Assembly: GCF_000422665.1 (NCBI RefSeq)
Contig: NZ_KE383900.1
Coordinates: 42,407 to 74,406 of the forward strand
Direction of reading: 5' to 3'
Source of the DNA: Ferrimonas senticii DSM 18821
GTDB lineage: Bacteria; Pseudomonadota; Gammaproteobacteria; Enterobacterales; Shewanellaceae
Length of the DNA stretch: 32,000 nt
Each line of letters starts with the position of its first letter. Within the stretch, counting starts at the first letter, position 1. This document shows, piece by piece, positions 8,730 to 18,999 of this stretch. The notes below the pieces were generated by a model that had not been told where the DNA came from, did no database searches, and saw only the letters and a program-made list of their open reading frames with translations. A program made the translations under genes and the position numbers.

Positions 8730-9475
8730 GTGCCAAGCCCAAAGCTGACTGCCAAGGTGCCCATCACCAAGTTCCAGCCATCCACCAACACGAACAGCAT
8801 GATCTTAAAGGGTAACGACACAATCATCGGTGACAGCATCATCATCCCCATCGCCATCAGCACCGACGCCACCACCAGATCGATCACCAAAAATGGGATA
8901 AACAGCATAAAGCCGATCTGGAAAGCCGTTTTTAGTTCAGAGGTGACAAACGCCGGAATGATCACCGTCATCGGCAACTGTTCTGGGGTGGTGGCGCTGG
9001 TATTGCCGCTGATCTCGGTAAAGGTGTTGAGATCGGTCATGCGCGTTTGCGCCAGCATAAAAGTGCGGATTGGCAACTTCGCCTGTTGCAGCGCCTCGAG
9101 CGCGCCGATCTCTTCATTGATGTAGGGGGTGACGGCGTTGGCGTGCACCTCATCCAGCACCGGCTGCATGATAAACAGGGTCATAAACAGGCTGATCCCC
9201 AGCAGCACCTGATTGGATGGGGTCTGCTGCAGTCCCAGCGCTTGTCGCAAAATCGCCAGCACCACAATGATGCGGGTGAAACTGGTCATTAGGATCACCA
9301 TCGCCGGCAGGAACGACAGTGCCGTCATCAGCGCCACAATCTGCAGGCTGACGCTGTATTGTTGCTCGCCATCGGCGCCGGTAGTCAGTGCCAACGCCGG
9401 AATCCCAGCTTGCGCCAACACCGGCCATGGCAGCGCCGCTAACAGCAGCAACAAGGGAGTTATCAACCGAATCAT
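8726..9475 (-). CDS. fliP: Flagellar export apparatus protein FliP
   Basis: 249 aa with a signal-peptide-like N-terminus followed by the conserved FliP core ([27 protein letters not shown]...[13 protein letters not shown]). 4-nt overlap with fliO. Confidence 0.96.
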   Translation of the reverse strand: MIRLITPLLLLLAALPWPVLAQAGIPALALTTGADGEQQYSVSLQIVALMTALSFLPAMVILMTSFTRIIVVLAILRQALGLQQTPSNQVLLGISLFMTLFIMQPVLDEVHANAVTPYINEEIGALEALQQAKLPIRTFMLAQTRMTDLNTFTEISGNTSATTPEQLPMTVIIPAFVTSELKTAFQIGFMLFIPFLVIDLVVASVLMAMGMMMLSPMIVSLPFKIMLFVLVDGWNLVMGTLAVSFGLGT

Positions 9476-9864
9476 TGCGATTGCTTCTTGTAGTTATCCA
9501 GCAGGCTGGCAAACGACCCCGCCAACGGCTGGCTGGTGCGAGGTGGCAGCGGCTCGGTCAGTTCTGTCAGCAACCGGGTTCCACCACTGCCGGTCGCCAG
9601 CAGTAACTGTTGCTGGCCAACTTCGACCACCAGTAATCGCTCTTTCGGCCCCAACGGCATGCTGGCAATCACTTGCAACGGCCCTTGGTTAGCCAACGGC
9701 AGTTGCAACCGCTTGGCCAGCCACGCCAACACCAATATCAGCGCCAGCACCAGTGCCAACCCCAGTAAGGTGGTTAGGTAGGATTCACTGGCAGAAAAGG
9801 CACTGCGACCAACCTCAGCGGTGGCGACCGTAGCGCTACTGCTGATCAACCACAGGCTACTCAT
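9472..9864 (-). CDS. fliO: Flagellar biosynthesis protein FliO
   Basis: 130 aa with a single TM segment ([21 protein letters not shown]) and a conserved tail ([21 protein letters not shown]). It sits between fliN and fliP, with an ATGA overlap with fliN. Confidence 0.82.
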   Translation of the reverse strand: MSSLWLISSSATVATAEVGRSAFSASESYLTTLLGLALVLALILVLAWLAKRLQLPLANQGPLQVIASMPLGPKERLLVVEVGQQQLLLATGSGGTRLLTELTEPLPPRTSQPLAGSFASLLDNYKKQSQ

Positions 9865-10256
9865 TTCAGTTTTTTGATCCGCTCGGTTTGGCTGATCACG
9901 TCGGTTAAGCGAATACCAAACTTATCGTTAACGACCACCACTTCGCCGTGGGCGATCAAGGTGCCGTTGACCATCACATCCAATGGTTCACCGGCAACCC
10001 GATCCAATTCCACCACCGAACCTTGGTTCAATTGCAGCAGATTACGGATCGAGATTTTGCTGCGGCCGACCTCCATCGAGATGGTCACCGGAATATCCAA
10101 AATCGCATCTAACTTGCTCTGTTCGTCGAGATCCAAGCCGTTGCCACGATCAAACGATTCTAAGGTCATCGGCTCGGCTTGCTGTTCCAGTGCGGCGGCC
10201 CAATCGTTGGCTAAATCGTCATCCATGGTTTCGCTGTTATGCATGTCATCAATCAT
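9861..10256 (-). CDS. fliN: Flagellar motor switch protein FliN
   Basis: 131 aa with a C-terminal SpoA domain (ISMEVGRSKISIRNLLQLNQGSVVELDRVAGEPLDVMVNGTLIAHGEVVVVNDKFGIRLTDV). Confidence 0.95.
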   Translation of the reverse strand: MIDDMHNSETMDDDLANDWAAALEQQAEPMTLESFDRGNGLDLDEQSKLDAILDIPVTISMEVGRSKISIRNLLQLNQGSVVELDRVAGEPLDVMVNGTLIAHGEVVVVNDKFGIRLTDVISQTERIKKLK

Positions 10257-10273
10257 GAGGCACCTTTAGGTTG

Positions 10274-11290
10274 CTATTCATGGCCATCGGTGCTGCGACG
10301 CGGCACCAATGTCAGTTCATTTTTGTAAGATTTCGGACGCGGGATCCGTTCGTTAATGCGGATCGCCACTTGGTCATTGCTGCGGCCAACTTTGCCGCGG
10401 AAGGTCGGCAACTCCTCGACCTTCAACAGCACATGCTCTGGCATATCGATGGGGATGATGTCACCGGCTTTCAGTTCCATGATCTGCCGCAGGGTCAGTT
10501 GCTGTTCAAGCATGGTGGCCTCGACGTTTACCTCGACGTCCATCACCTCTTCTTGCAGCGCTTTCGCCCAGCGCATATCGGTATCTTGCTTATCGCTCTG
10601 GACCCCGGCATCAAGCAGTTCGCGGATCGGTTCAATCATCGAATAGGGCATAGTCAGGTGGAAATCACCACCGCCGCCGTCCAGTTCAATGTGAAAGCTG
10701 GAGACCACCACCACTTCGGTCGGGCTAACGATGTTGGCCATCGCCGGATTGACCTCGGAATCAAGGTACTCAAACTCAACATCCAGCACCGGTGACCAGG
10801 CTTCTTGGTAATCTTCAAAGACGATCTTCAGCAGCAGTTGGATGATCCGCCGCTCGGTTGGGGTGAACTCTCGCCCCTCGATCTTGGCTTGAAAGCGACC
10901 ATCACCACCGAAGAAGTTATCCACCAAAATAAACACCAAGCGCGCTTCCATGGTGATCAAGGCGGTGCCTTTTAATGGCCGGAAGCGCACCATGTTAAGA
11001 CTGGTTGGAACGAACAGTGAATGGACGTATTCACCGAACTTGAGCATCTGCACGCCGTTAAGGGAGATCTCCGGGCTGCGGCGCATCATATTAAACAGGC
11101 TGATCCGCAGATGGCGGGCAAAGCGTTCATTAACCAACTCTAGGGTCGGCATCCGGCCACGAACGATGCGATCCTGCGAGGCAAAATCGTAATGGCTGGC
11201 GTCTACCTCCGGCTCGTTGATCGCCTCATCGACATCGTCGACCCCGTGCAGCAGCGCATCAATTTCGTCTTGGCTTAGTAAATCGGTCAT
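10274..11290 (-). CDS. fliM: Flagellar motor switch protein FliM
   Basis: Start moved to the ATG at 11290, giving MTDLLSQDEIDALL, the canonical CheY-P binding N-terminus. The 29-codon upstream extension in the track overlaps fliL and is Cys/Arg-rich nonsense. FliM middle and SpoA C-terminal domains follow. Confidence 0.95.
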   Translation of the reverse strand: MTDLLSQDEIDALLHGVDDVDEAINEPEVDASHYDFASQDRIVRGRMPTLELVNERFARHLRISLFNMMRRSPEISLNGVQMLKFGEYVHSLFVPTSLNMVRFRPLKGTALITMEARLVFILVDNFFGGDGRFQAKIEGREFTPTERRIIQLLLKIVFEDYQEAWSPVLDVEFEYLDSEVNPAMANIVSPTEVVVVSSFHIELDGGGGDFHLTMPYSMIEPIRELLDAGVQSDKQDTDMRWAKALQEEVMDVEVNVEATMLEQQLTLRQIMELKAGDIIPIDMPEHVLLKVEELPTFRGKVGRSNDQVAIRINERIPRPKSYKNELTLVPRRSTDGHE

Positions 11291-11297
11291 CAAGATC

Positions 11298-11807
11298 TCA
11301 CTGCATAATGAAGCCGGTAAACAACACCCGCTCGATCTGTGGATGGCCACTGACGGTTTGCATCGCCGCTTGCACATCTAACAGCGAGCGCGCTCGCAGC
11401 TCATCCTTACCCTCGGCGGTGCGCAGCGCTTCCGGATCGGCAGAAGAGAAGGTCTTTAACAGCGCATCGCGCAGCAGCGGCGAGTGTTTACGCGCTTGCT
11501 CGTGAGCAACGGCGCCACGCACCTGCAACTGCACCTTGATCTGCACCAAGTAGCTGCGACTGCTGTTTTGCAGATTGAACAGAAACGGTTGTGGCAAGCT
11601 GACGTACATCGACTCGCTCGGTTGCACCGGCTGGCTGCCGGCACTCGGGGCGGTTAACGGCGGTTCACTGCTATCAGCAAACCACAGCCAGCCGCCCACC
11701 GCGGCGCTAAGCAGCACTACCAGTGCCACCACCGCAATGATGATCCGCTTCTTGTTGTTGCGGTTGCCAACGTCATTAACGTCGACTTGTAATGATTGTT
11801 GCGCCAT
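11298..11807 (-). CDS. fliL: Flagellar basal-body-associated protein FliL
   Basis: 169 aa with one N-terminal TM segment (IIIAVVALVVLLSAAVGGWLWF) and a FliL-family periplasmic domain (YVSLPQPFLFNL...YLVQIKVQLQVR). Position upstream of fliM. Confidence 0.9.
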   Translation of the reverse strand: MAQQSLQVDVNDVGNRNNKKRIIIAVVALVVLLSAAVGGWLWFADSSEPPLTAPSAGSQPVQPSESMYVSLPQPFLFNLQNSSRSYLVQIKVQLQVRGAVAHEQARKHSPLLRDALLKTFSSADPEALRTAEGKDELRARSLLDVQAAMQTVSGHPQIERVLFTGFIMQ

Positions 11808-11828
11808 AAAATCCGTTTTGAATCAAAG

Positions 11829-11901
11829 CAGTTATTGGTAATTGGTTATTAGTTGGTAGTTGTTAGCTGTTAGTTGGCAGTTTTTAGTTAGTAGTTAACA
11901 G
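11829..11901. repeat. Degenerate 7-bp tandem repeat array of the same family (about 10 units)
   Basis: The in-phase units are CAGTTAT TGGTAAT TGGTTAT TAGTTGG TAGTTGT TAGCTGT TAGTTGG CAGTTTT TAGTTAG TAGTTAA. They fill most of the fliK-fliL spacer. Confidence 0.9.
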
Positions 11902-11907
11902 CGATGG

Positions 11908-13308
11908 TTAGGCGTAATAGTCGATGCCACCGTCGCGGTGGCGACCAGCCATGCTGTGCCACTGGCCGGTGCTCACATCGCCATCACCGCCATCGGCGAT
12001 CAAGCTGGCACCAGCGGGGTGGCCCTGCTGTTGATCCGCATGCGACCGCGACTCACCGCCAGATTGCTGCGACACTTGGGTTTGTCCCAAGCTTAAGCCT
12101 TGCTGCTGCAGCATTTCACGCAGACGCGGCAGCGCCTGATCAATCAACTCCCGCGCTTGCGCCTGCTGGGTAATGATCTGCAGGTTGGCTTGATCGCCAT
12201 TCATCTGCACCCGAATTTGCAGCGCCCCCAACTCAGGCGGATCCAAGCGGATCTCGGCGGTTAAGTTGTTGCTGTTGACCATCATCTGCAGCCGATCCCG
12301 CAGCTCTGGTGCCAACTGCTGGGCATTTAGGGGCTGGCGCAGCGCCTGTTCCGCAGAGCCGCTTGGATTGGCAGTGGGATTGCCGGCCTGGGCTAAATGG
12401 CGCCCCTCGGCACGCAACAATTGACCGCCCGGTTGCAGTTCATCACCACCATCAAGACGTTCACCCGCGTCAGCTGTCATGACAGCGGGATCAAGATCGC
12501 TATCGCCGCTGCCAGTGGCTATCACTGCCGCCAGCGAGCCGTGTAAGCCAGCGGCAATCGACTTATTGTTGACTGCCGTTGCTGGCGACTGCGATTCGCC
12601 CTCATCGACCGTTACCTCGCCACTGACTTCAATGCCGCCATCAATGGCCACCGCAACCGCCCCCGTTGTAGCTTGAGAGGCTTGATTGGTTAGAGCGGCT
12701 GGAGTGGCTTGAGTGGCTGCGCCGTTGGTCGCATTAGCGCTGCCTAGCTGCGGCCAGCGGCTGTCAGCACTGGCGCCAGAGTCAGAACCAAGTTCCGATG
12801 TTGCTAGCTGTTGGGAAACGGTGGGGGCAACCACGATGGCCGTTGCATTCGTGCCCAAGTCGGCCGGATGGCTCGGGGTTGTGGTCGAAGCCAGCGGCAA
12901 CGGCGCAGTAGCGTCAGTGGTTGCCAACCCGGCATTAGCATCGTCGCTGGCAACCGCCTCGCTAAGCTCGGCAGCGGCCGGCAACGGCGCCTTGGATGCG
13001 TCAGCTTGTAAGGCGTGACCAAGCTCTGCCAATTGCGCCAGCAGCTGCTCTGAATCAAGCGTCATTGGCGTCGCTTCAGCGCTGTCACTGGCGGCAACAA
13101 CTTGCCCCTCGGCTACAGTTGTTGGCGCCGATTCGGCCACAAACGCTTGCGCCAATTCACTGGAAAATAATCTGCTTGGTGCGCTGGCATCGGTTGCCAC
13201 CAGCGTGTCCGCCGCTGACGTTTCAGCGACGCTAGCGTCTGCGCCAAGGGATAATACGCTTGCAGTTTTGGTGCTCGGTGCAGCATTTCCAGCAGCAATA
13301 GCGGTCAT
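11908..13308 (-). CDS. fliK: Flagellar hook-length control protein FliK
   Basis: About 466 aa. The N-terminal two thirds are A/S/T-rich and disordered. The C-terminal Flg_hook domain reads LTAEIRLDPPELGALQIRVQMNGDQANLQIITQQAQARELIDQALPRLREMLQQQGLSLGQ. The track start at 13311 is TTG, and the adjacent ATG at 13308 is preferred. Confidence 0.85.
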   Translation of the reverse strand: MTAIAAGNAAPSTKTASVLSLGADASVAETSAADTLVATDASAPSRLFSSELAQAFVAESAPTTVAEGQVVAASDSAEATPMTLDSEQLLAQLAELGHALQADASKAPLPAAAELSEAVASDDANAGLATTDATAPLPLASTTTPSHPADLGTNATAIVVAPTVSQQLATSELGSDSGASADSRWPQLGSANATNGAATQATPAALTNQASQATTGAVAVAIDGGIEVSGEVTVDEGESQSPATAVNNKSIAAGLHGSLAAVIATGSGDSDLDPAVMTADAGERLDGGDELQPGGQLLRAEGRHLAQAGNPTANPSGSAEQALRQPLNAQQLAPELRDRLQMMVNSNNLTAEIRLDPPELGALQIRVQMNGDQANLQIITQQAQARELIDQALPRLREMLQQQGLSLGQTQVSQQSGGESRSHADQQQGHPAGASLIADGGDGDVSTGQWHSMAGRHRDGGIDYYA

Positions 13309-13387
13309 CAACGTCTCGACTTAACCTAAGGCCGCCGCGTCAAGGAACTGTCGCAGCGGCAAATGATTGGGTAACTGGCTGAGGAAT

Positions 13388-13403
13388 AGCGATTTTCGTG
13401 CCA
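13388..13403 (-). promoter_or_regulatory. Sigma54 promoter upstream of fliK
   Basis: The minus strand reads TGGCACG-AAAA-TCGCT, with a perfect -24 element and a -12 GC at the correct spacing. It lies about 80-90 nt upstream of the fliK ATG, in the fliJ-fliK gap. Confidence 0.65.
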
Positions 13404-13468
13404 AAAGTGTCATCCCAATTGGCGAGCTAGCCAGCGATCTTCGCTAATCGACTCGCGGCAGCCCTTGC

Positions 13469-13909
13469 TCAGCGGCGACGCACAAACTGCATGGTGGCAA
13501 ACTCATCCAGGGCCGCTTGCTCACGCTTGGCCTGCAGTGCCAGCTGATCGGTTTGGGCACGGTCGATCAGCAACTGCAACGCTTGCTGACGTTGATGCAC
13601 CTGTTGCCACTGCTGCTTGGCCTCGGCGACTTGCTCGCTGGCACGGCGCTGCTTGCCGACGTGGGCGGCGATGGTGTCATCAAGGCGGCCAATAAAGTGA
13701 TGATATTGCTGATAAGTGTTGGCGCTAAGGGTTTGCTGAACTTGGCTTTGTGCTTGGCTGATGTAATCCCAGCGATACTGCTGCAACTGCGCCATCTGTT
13801 GCTGCAACAGCGCTTGTTGCTGGTGCGCTTGCTTGAGCTGCAGCGCTGCCTGCTCCAGTTGCGTTGCCACCACCTGCAGCACCTTAGCCAGCTGTTTAGG
13901 ATCGGCCAT
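13469..13909 (-). CDS. fliJ: Flagellar export chaperone/stalk protein FliJ
   Basis: 146 aa Q/A-rich coiled coil, in the conserved position immediately after fliI. Confidence 0.85.
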   Translation of the reverse strand: MADPKQLAKVLQVVATQLEQAALQLKQAHQQQALLQQQMAQLQQYRWDYISQAQSQVQQTLSANTYQQYHHFIGRLDDTIAAHVGKQRRASEQVAEAKQQWQQVHQRQQALQLLIDRAQTDQLALQAKREQAALDEFATMQFVRRR

Positions 13910-13926
13910 CGGTCAACTGCCCGCCA

Positions 13927-15267
13927 TCAGCGCGATTGCGCCGCCACTCGAGCCAACTGCGCCAAGCTGTCGGCAAATGAGAGCGGAGTGCGCATCGGTT
14001 GTTGTAGATAAGCCGCCAACGCCGGTTGCAGCGCAATCGCTTTATCGACGGTGGGATCGGCACCTTTGCTGTAAGCGCCGATGGCGATCAGATCCTGATT
14101 TTGTCGATAGGCGGACCACAACTGCTTTAACCGTTGCGCCGCTTCAAGGTGCGCGGTTTCGGTAACTTGCGGCATCACCCGACTGATCGACGCTTCAATA
14201 TCGATCGCCGGATAGTGGCCGCTCTCCGCTAATTTGCGGCTAAGCACCACGTGGCCATCGAGGATCGCCCGCGCCGCATCGGCAATCGGATCTTGCTGGT
14301 CGTCCCCTTCGGTCAATACCGTGTAAAAGGCGGTGATGCTGCCCTGATCTGGGCCGCCATTGCCCGCCCGTTCAACCAGTCGCGGCAGCTTGGCAAACAC
14401 CGATGGCGGGTAGCCTTTGGTCGCTGGTGGCTCGCCAATCGCCAGCGCAATCTCCCGCTGCGCTTGAGCGTAGCGGGTCAAGGAGTCCATCAGCAGCAAT
14501 ACGTTTTGGCCGCAGTCGCGGAAGTATTCGGCAATGCGGGTAGCGGTTTCACAGGCGCGCAGCCGCATCAGTGGGCTGGTATCAGCGGGGGCGGCGATCA
14601 CCACCGAACGGGCGCGGCCTTCGGCGCCTAAGATCTCTTCGATAAACTCTTTAACTTCGCGGCCACGCTCCCCCACCAGACCAACGACGATGACATCGGC
14701 GTTGGTGCCTCGAGTCATCATCCCCAGCAGCACCGATTTACCAACCCCAGATCCGGCCATCAAGCCCATCCGCTGGCCAACGCCAACGGTCAGCATGCCG
14801 TTGATGGCGCGCACGCCAACGTCCAGCGGTTGCTGCACCGGGCGCCGTGCCATCGGGTTAAGCAGTGGCGCACTGCCGTGCAGTTGTTGCCGACAGCTAA
14901 GCGGCCCTAAGCCATCAATCGGGTTGCCATTACCATCCAGCACCCGGCCTAACAGCTGCGGCCCCACCAACAGCCCTTGCCGCCCTGCCAGCGGGGTGAC
15001 TTTGGCGTTGGGGAGCACCCCTTTGAGTTCATCCACCGGCACCAGATACAGCACCTGATCATCAAAGCCGACCACTTCGGCGGTCATCGGCCCTGAATCG
15101 GTATCGATCTGACAGAGCGAGCCCACCGGCGCACGGCAGCCAACCGCCTCTAACGTCAAGCCTACAACCCGCAGCAGTTGCCCAGAGGCCACCAATGACG
15201 GTACTTGGATATGCTGCTGCCACGCGGGTAACCGCGCCAGCAGTCGATCACGCCGCAGGTTGTTCAT
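13927..15267 (-). CDS. fliI: Flagellum-specific ATPase FliI
   Basis: Walker A AGSGVGKS and Walker [19 protein letters not shown]1/T3SS ATPase family. The track start at 15279 is TTG. I prefer the ATG at 15267 ([13 protein letters not shown]), which overlaps the fliH 3' end. The start remains uncertain by 4 codons. Confidence 0.95.
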   Translation of the reverse strand: MNNLRRDRLLARLPAWQQHIQVPSLVASGQLLRVVGLTLEAVGCRAPVGSLCQIDTDSGPMTAEVVGFDDQVLYLVPVDELKGVLPNAKVTPLAGRQGLLVGPQLLGRVLDGNGNPIDGLGPLSCRQQLHGSAPLLNPMARRPVQQPLDVGVRAINGMLTVGVGQRMGLMAGSGVGKSVLLGMMTRGTNADVIVVGLVGERGREVKEFIEEILGAEGRARSVVIAAPADTSPLMRLRACETATRIAEYFRDCGQNVLLLMDSLTRYAQAQREIALAIGEPPATKGYPPSVFAKLPRLVERAGNGGPDQGSITAFYTVLTEGDDQQDPIADAARAILDGHVVLSRKLAESGHYPAIDIEASISRVMPQVTETAHLEAAQRLKQLWSAYRQNQDLIAIGAYSKGADPTVDKAIALQPALAAYLQQPMRTPLSFADSLAQLARVAAQSR

Positions 15268-16204
15268 CGGGCTCGGCAACGGTGACTGGCTCAGGAGCTA
15301 GGTCGTCAGCTAACGGTGGTTGATCCTGCCCTTGTTGCTCAGCGGCACTGGCCAGATCGATCACCTCAGCGTCGGTGCTGTCGGTCAAGGTCGCTGCCGT
15401 CGGGTAGTCCGGCTCAATAACCGGGTCTCTTGGGCTGGCGATAAACTGGTTAAGCAGCTGCGCTATCCGCTGTTCGCTGCTGACCACCACTTGGCTGCGC
15501 TCGGTGCTGATCTGCAACGATCCCGGCGATAACGCCGGGTCAAGCTCCAGTTGCCACTGGCGTTTGCCGAGCTCTTGCACGCCATAGCTTTGCTCGATCA
15601 GTGCCAGATCGTCGCCATTGGCATGAATGGTGACCGCCTGCTGCTGGCTTGGCAGCGCCGCCAACGCCGTTTGCAGGGTATGCAACAGCGCCTGCGGGTT
15701 GGTCTTCAGTTCAACCTGGATCAACGCTTGCGCCAGCTTCATCGTCAGTTGCAGCAACTCTTGCTCGACCTGATCGTCCACCGCCGCCAACGGCCGTAGC
15801 AATTGATCCAGCAACTTATCAAGCTGGGCACAGCGCTGGATAATCTCTTGTTCTCCAGCGGCGATCCCCTCACGGCGACCTTGTTCCAGTCCTTGCTGCA
15901 GCCCCTGTTCGGCGCCGGTCAAGCGCCCCTCGCTAAGCCCTTCGGCAAAACCGTCTTGCTTGCCCTGTTCAAAGCCTTCCTGCCAAGCGGTTTGCTGAAT
16001 CGCTTCGATCTCTTCCAAGGTTGGCGGCTCGGGCAGTGCCAGCGCTGCCGCCAATTCTTGTTCATCTTGGGGAATGCCGCCGTGGATGGCGCCTTCGCTG
16101 GGATCGTCGTTATCGGTAAATTCGTGCAGTTGCCAATCCCGCACATTGGGATTGTGAAAGTTACTGTGCGGCAACGGCTGCAAGGTGCTGGCTTGATTGG
16201 CCAT
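15248..16204 (-). CDS. fliH: Flagellar export ATPase regulator FliH
   Basis: 318 aa in the position between fliG and fliI. It carries a run of glycines at 4-residue spacing ([42 protein letters not shown]), typical of FliH/YscL, and a C-terminal FliI-binding-type domain. Confidence 0.9.
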   Translation of the reverse strand: MANQASTLQPLPHSNFHNPNVRDWQLHEFTDNDDPSEGAIHGGIPQDEQELAAALALPEPPTLEEIEAIQQTAWQEGFEQGKQDGFAEGLSEGRLTGAEQGLQQGLEQGRREGIAAGEQEIIQRCAQLDKLLDQLLRPLAAVDDQVEQELLQLTMKLAQALIQVELKTNPQALLHTLQTALAALPSQQQAVTIHANGDDLALIEQSYGVQELGKRQWQLELDPALSPGSLQISTERSQVVVSSEQRIAQLLNQFIASPRDPVIEPDYPTAATLTDSTDAEVIDLASAAEQQGQDQPPLADDLAPEPVTVAEPDEQPAA

Positions 16205-16207
16205 AGT

Positions 16208-17254
16208 TTACAGAAACTCCTCGCCACCGCCGCCGGCCAACATAATTTCGCCGGCATCGGCCAACCGTCGAGCCACCGCCAAAATCTCTTTTTGCGCCGC
16301 TTCCACTTCCGACAAGCGGATCGGCCCCATCGCTTCCAAATCGTCGCGGATCAGATCCGCTTGGCGCTTGGACATGTTGTTCAAGATCTTATCCCGCAGC
16401 ATATCGTCGGCGCCTTTCAGCGCTGGCAGCAAGGTGTCTTGCGCCACTTCGCGCAACAGTTTCTGCAAGCTGCGATCGTCGACGTCGCCAAGGTTGTCGA
16501 ACACGAACATCAGATCTTGGATCTTCTGCCCCAGTTCTTCGTCGTTCTCGCGGATCTGATCCAGCAGCACCGATTCGCTGCCGGACTCCATAAAGTTCAT
16601 GATGTCGGCCGCCGCTTGCAGGCCGCCCATCTTGGCCGCTTGCGCCCCAGCTTGGCCGGCAAACTGTTTCTCCATGATGTCGTTCAGCTCTTGCAACGCC
16701 GCCGGTTGCACCTCTTCGAGGTTGGCAATTCGCATCATCAGATCCAGGCGACTGCGTTCACTGAACTGGCCTAAGATCTGCGCCGCTTGGTCCGGTTCCA
16801 GGTAGGAGAGCACGATGGTTTGGATCTGCGGGTGTTCATTGCCAATCATGTTGGCCACTTGCCGCGCGTCCATCCATTTCAGCGATTCTAAGCCGCTGGC
16901 GTCACCACCCATCACAATCTGATCAATCACGTTGCCGGCTTTATCGTCACCGAGCGCATGGGTTAAGGCTTTACGCACGAACTCGCGGTTATTGATACCG
17001 ATGGTGCTGAAATGCTGAATGTCATTAAGAAACGCCCGATGCACCGCGGTGACTTTGTCTTGGGCAAAATCCTGCATCGCCGCCATCGCCATCCCCACTT
17101 TCTGCACCTGTTTCGGTTCCAGATTTTTGAGGATCTGGGCCGCATCGGATTCACTGAGACTGAGCAGCAAGATCGCGGTTTTATCGATGCCAGAGACCGT
17201 GCCGATGTCGAAGTTACGATCGGCCGCCGCCGGCAGGGATGGGTTATCAGCCAT
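16208..17254 (-). CDS. fliG: Flagellar motor switch/rotor protein FliG
   Basis: 348 aa with the conserved FliG middle and C-terminal domains (e.g. LGQKIQDLMFVFDNLGDVDDRSLQKLLREV, LKGADDMLRDKILNNMSKRQADLIRDDLEAMGPIRLSEVEAAQKEIL). Confidence 0.97.
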   Translation of the reverse strand: MADNPSLPAAADRNFDIGTVSGIDKTAILLLSLSESDAAQILKNLEPKQVQKVGMAMAAMQDFAQDKVTAVHRAFLNDIQHFSTIGINNREFVRKALTHALGDDKAGNVIDQIVMGGDASGLESLKWMDARQVANMIGNEHPQIQTIVLSYLEPDQAAQILGQFSERSRLDLMMRIANLEEVQPAALQELNDIMEKQFAGQAGAQAAKMGGLQAAADIMNFMESGSESVLLDQIRENDEELGQKIQDLMFVFDNLGDVDDRSLQKLLREVAQDTLLPALKGADDMLRDKILNNMSKRQADLIRDDLEAMGPIRLSEVEAAQKEILAVARRLADAGEIMLAGGGGEEFL

Positions 17255-18965
17255 TTTTATCTAACCAGTGTTGAATAACTCGGGTGGAAAGCTCTGGTTC
17301 GTTAGCCACCAGGGCGCGGATTGCCCGCAACATATCGTCATCACGATGCAGTTCTGGCAGCACAATCGAACCATCCTCGCCGTAGCTGTAGTCGCTGTTG
17401 TCGCTCTCAAGTCCAGTCAGGGCATCATTGGCAAACTGCTCTTCCAGATCCGCCAAACTGCTCTTGTTGTCGTCGGCTTGATACTGTTCCGGATAGAGCA
17501 ATTTCTTGATCATCGGCCGTACTACCACCAGCAACAGCGCCACAATCACCAACGCCGCTAAAGTCAGCCGCAGCGCGCGCCAGAACCACGGTTGCTGGTA
17601 CAGCGGTAACGCCTGATCTGGCGCGAGCAACTGCTCGGCAAAGGCCATCGACACCACTTCCAGTTGGTCGCCGCGCTCAAGGTTTAAGCCGACGCTACCG
17701 GCCAGCAAGCGCTTGATGGCGGCCAACTCTTCGGCGCTGCGCGGCTCACGGCTGATCTCTCCTTCAGCACCAACCACCGGCTTATGATCCACCGCCACCG
17801 ATAGGGTTAAGCGCTGCACCGTACCAATTTGATTGCGGGTGTGGCTGACGGTGCTATCCAGTTCGTAGTTACGAGTCGCTTCGCTGCGGCTGCGGCCATT
17901 GATGGGATTAGCGTTGGCGGCCAGCTCTTCTGCCTGCTGCGGGATCTGCGAATCAAGCGGCGGTTGATTGGTTAGGGCGCCGGGGATCCCCTGCGCCTCT
18001 TGGCCACCTCGGTTGTCCTCAATCAGCATCTCGCTACGTACCGATGATTCCGGATTAAAGGTGCGGGTGGTCTGCTCTTTGGCGGAAAAGTCCATCTGCA
18101 CCGCCACCTGAGCGGTGTATTCGCCAAGACCCAGCACGGGGATCAGCAGCGAATCGACCTTATTCAGCAGCAGTTGCTCCTGCTTGATCTGCAGTTCCAG
18201 CTCGCGCCGACCTTGGGCGCTGATGCTGTCCTGCGAGCCAGAGTGCAGCAACCGGCCATGCTGATCGGTCACGGTAACTTTGTCGGTAGACAAGCCATGC
18301 ACCGCCGACGCGACGATATCGACAATCGCATCCACTTCGGTCTGTTTCAGTTCAGTACCACGGCCAAGGGTGACCACCACGGTAGCGCTGGGTTGTTGCT
18401 GTTGCCGAGCAAACACATTCTGTTTCGGCAGCGCCAAAATCACCCGGGCGCGACTGACACTGCGCAGTTCGCTGATGGCATCCGCCAAACTTTGCTCTTG
18501 GCTTTTTTGCAGGCGTGCTGCTTCCAAGCGCTGACTGACACCAAAGCCGCTATCTTGATTTAGCAGATCTTGGCTGGCGGTACTGGCGCCTAAACCGGCA
18601 CGGGTTAATTGCAGTTTGCTGTCGGCGAATTGCTCTTCAGGAAAGGCTAAGACATTGCCCTCCAGCTGGTATTCAATCCCCTGTTTATCAAGAAAATCCA
18701 GGGTTTCAATCAGCTCTTGGGTTTCAAGCTCGCCGAGCGGGCGGTAGTTGGGCTCTTGCGCCCAGATCAGCACAAACACCCCCAGCGCCAGCGAAATCGC
18801 CAGCGCCAAGATCAGACTTATTTGCCGCAGCACATCGACATTGCCAAGCGTTGCCAATGGCTTGGATTGCGTCTCTTCGATGGTGGCGTTGGCTTGGGGT
18901 GCCAACGGCACCGCGGCATTGCCTGCGGCCACAGCCAAATCGGTTGATGGGGTAGTTGTTGCCAC
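17247..18965 (-). CDS. fliF: Flagellar MS-ring protein FliF
   Basis: 572 aa with an N-terminal TM (ISLILALAISLALGVFVLIWA), a large periplasmic ring-building region and a second TM near the C-terminus (LRLTLAALVIVALLLVVV). GTG start with AAGGGA about 7 nt upstream. 8-nt overlap with the fliG start. Confidence 0.96.
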   Translation of the reverse strand: MATTTPSTDLAVAAGNAAVPLAPQANATIEETQSKPLATLGNVDVLRQISLILALAISLALGVFVLIWAQEPNYRPLGELETQELIETLDFLDKQGIEYQLEGNVLAFPEEQFADSKLQLTRAGLGASTASQDLLNQDSGFGVSQRLEAARLQKSQEQSLADAISELRSVSRARVILALPKQNVFARQQQQPSATVVVTLGRGTELKQTEVDAIVDIVASAVHGLSTDKVTVTDQHGRLLHSGSQDSISAQGRRELELQIKQEQLLLNKVDSLLIPVLGLGEYTAQVAVQMDFSAKEQTTRTFNPESSVRSEMLIEDNRGGQEAQGIPGALTNQPPLDSQIPQQAEELAANANPINGRSRSEATRNYELDSTVSHTRNQIGTVQRLTLSVAVDHKPVVGAEGEISREPRSAEELAAIKRLLAGSVGLNLERGDQLEVVSMAFAEQLLAPDQALPLYQQPWFWRALRLTLAALVIVALLLVVVRPMIKKLLYPEQYQADDNKSSLADLEEQFANDALTGLESDNSDYSYGEDGSIVLPELHRDDDMLRAIRALVANEPELSTRVIQHWLDKNG

Positions 18966-18999
18966 CGTGATCCCTTAATCCGCTAATTGCGCATGCCAG

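Noticed and set aside
11291-11377. A 29-codon N-terminal extension of fliM in the ORF track (MCKRRCKPSVAIHRSSGCCLPASLCSEIL).
   Set aside because: It overlaps the fliL 3' end and has an implausible composition. The internal ATG at 11290 yields the canonical FliM N-terminus MTDLLSQDEIDALL.
15803-16774. A 323-aa plus-strand ORF, the longest unassigned ORF in the track.
   Set aside because: It is entirely antisense to fliH and fliG, which have unmistakable family signatures. Its translation is Leu/Gln/Arg/Ala-rich low-complexity sequence, typical of a shadow ORF opposite a GC3-rich gene, and it has no RBS or promoter.
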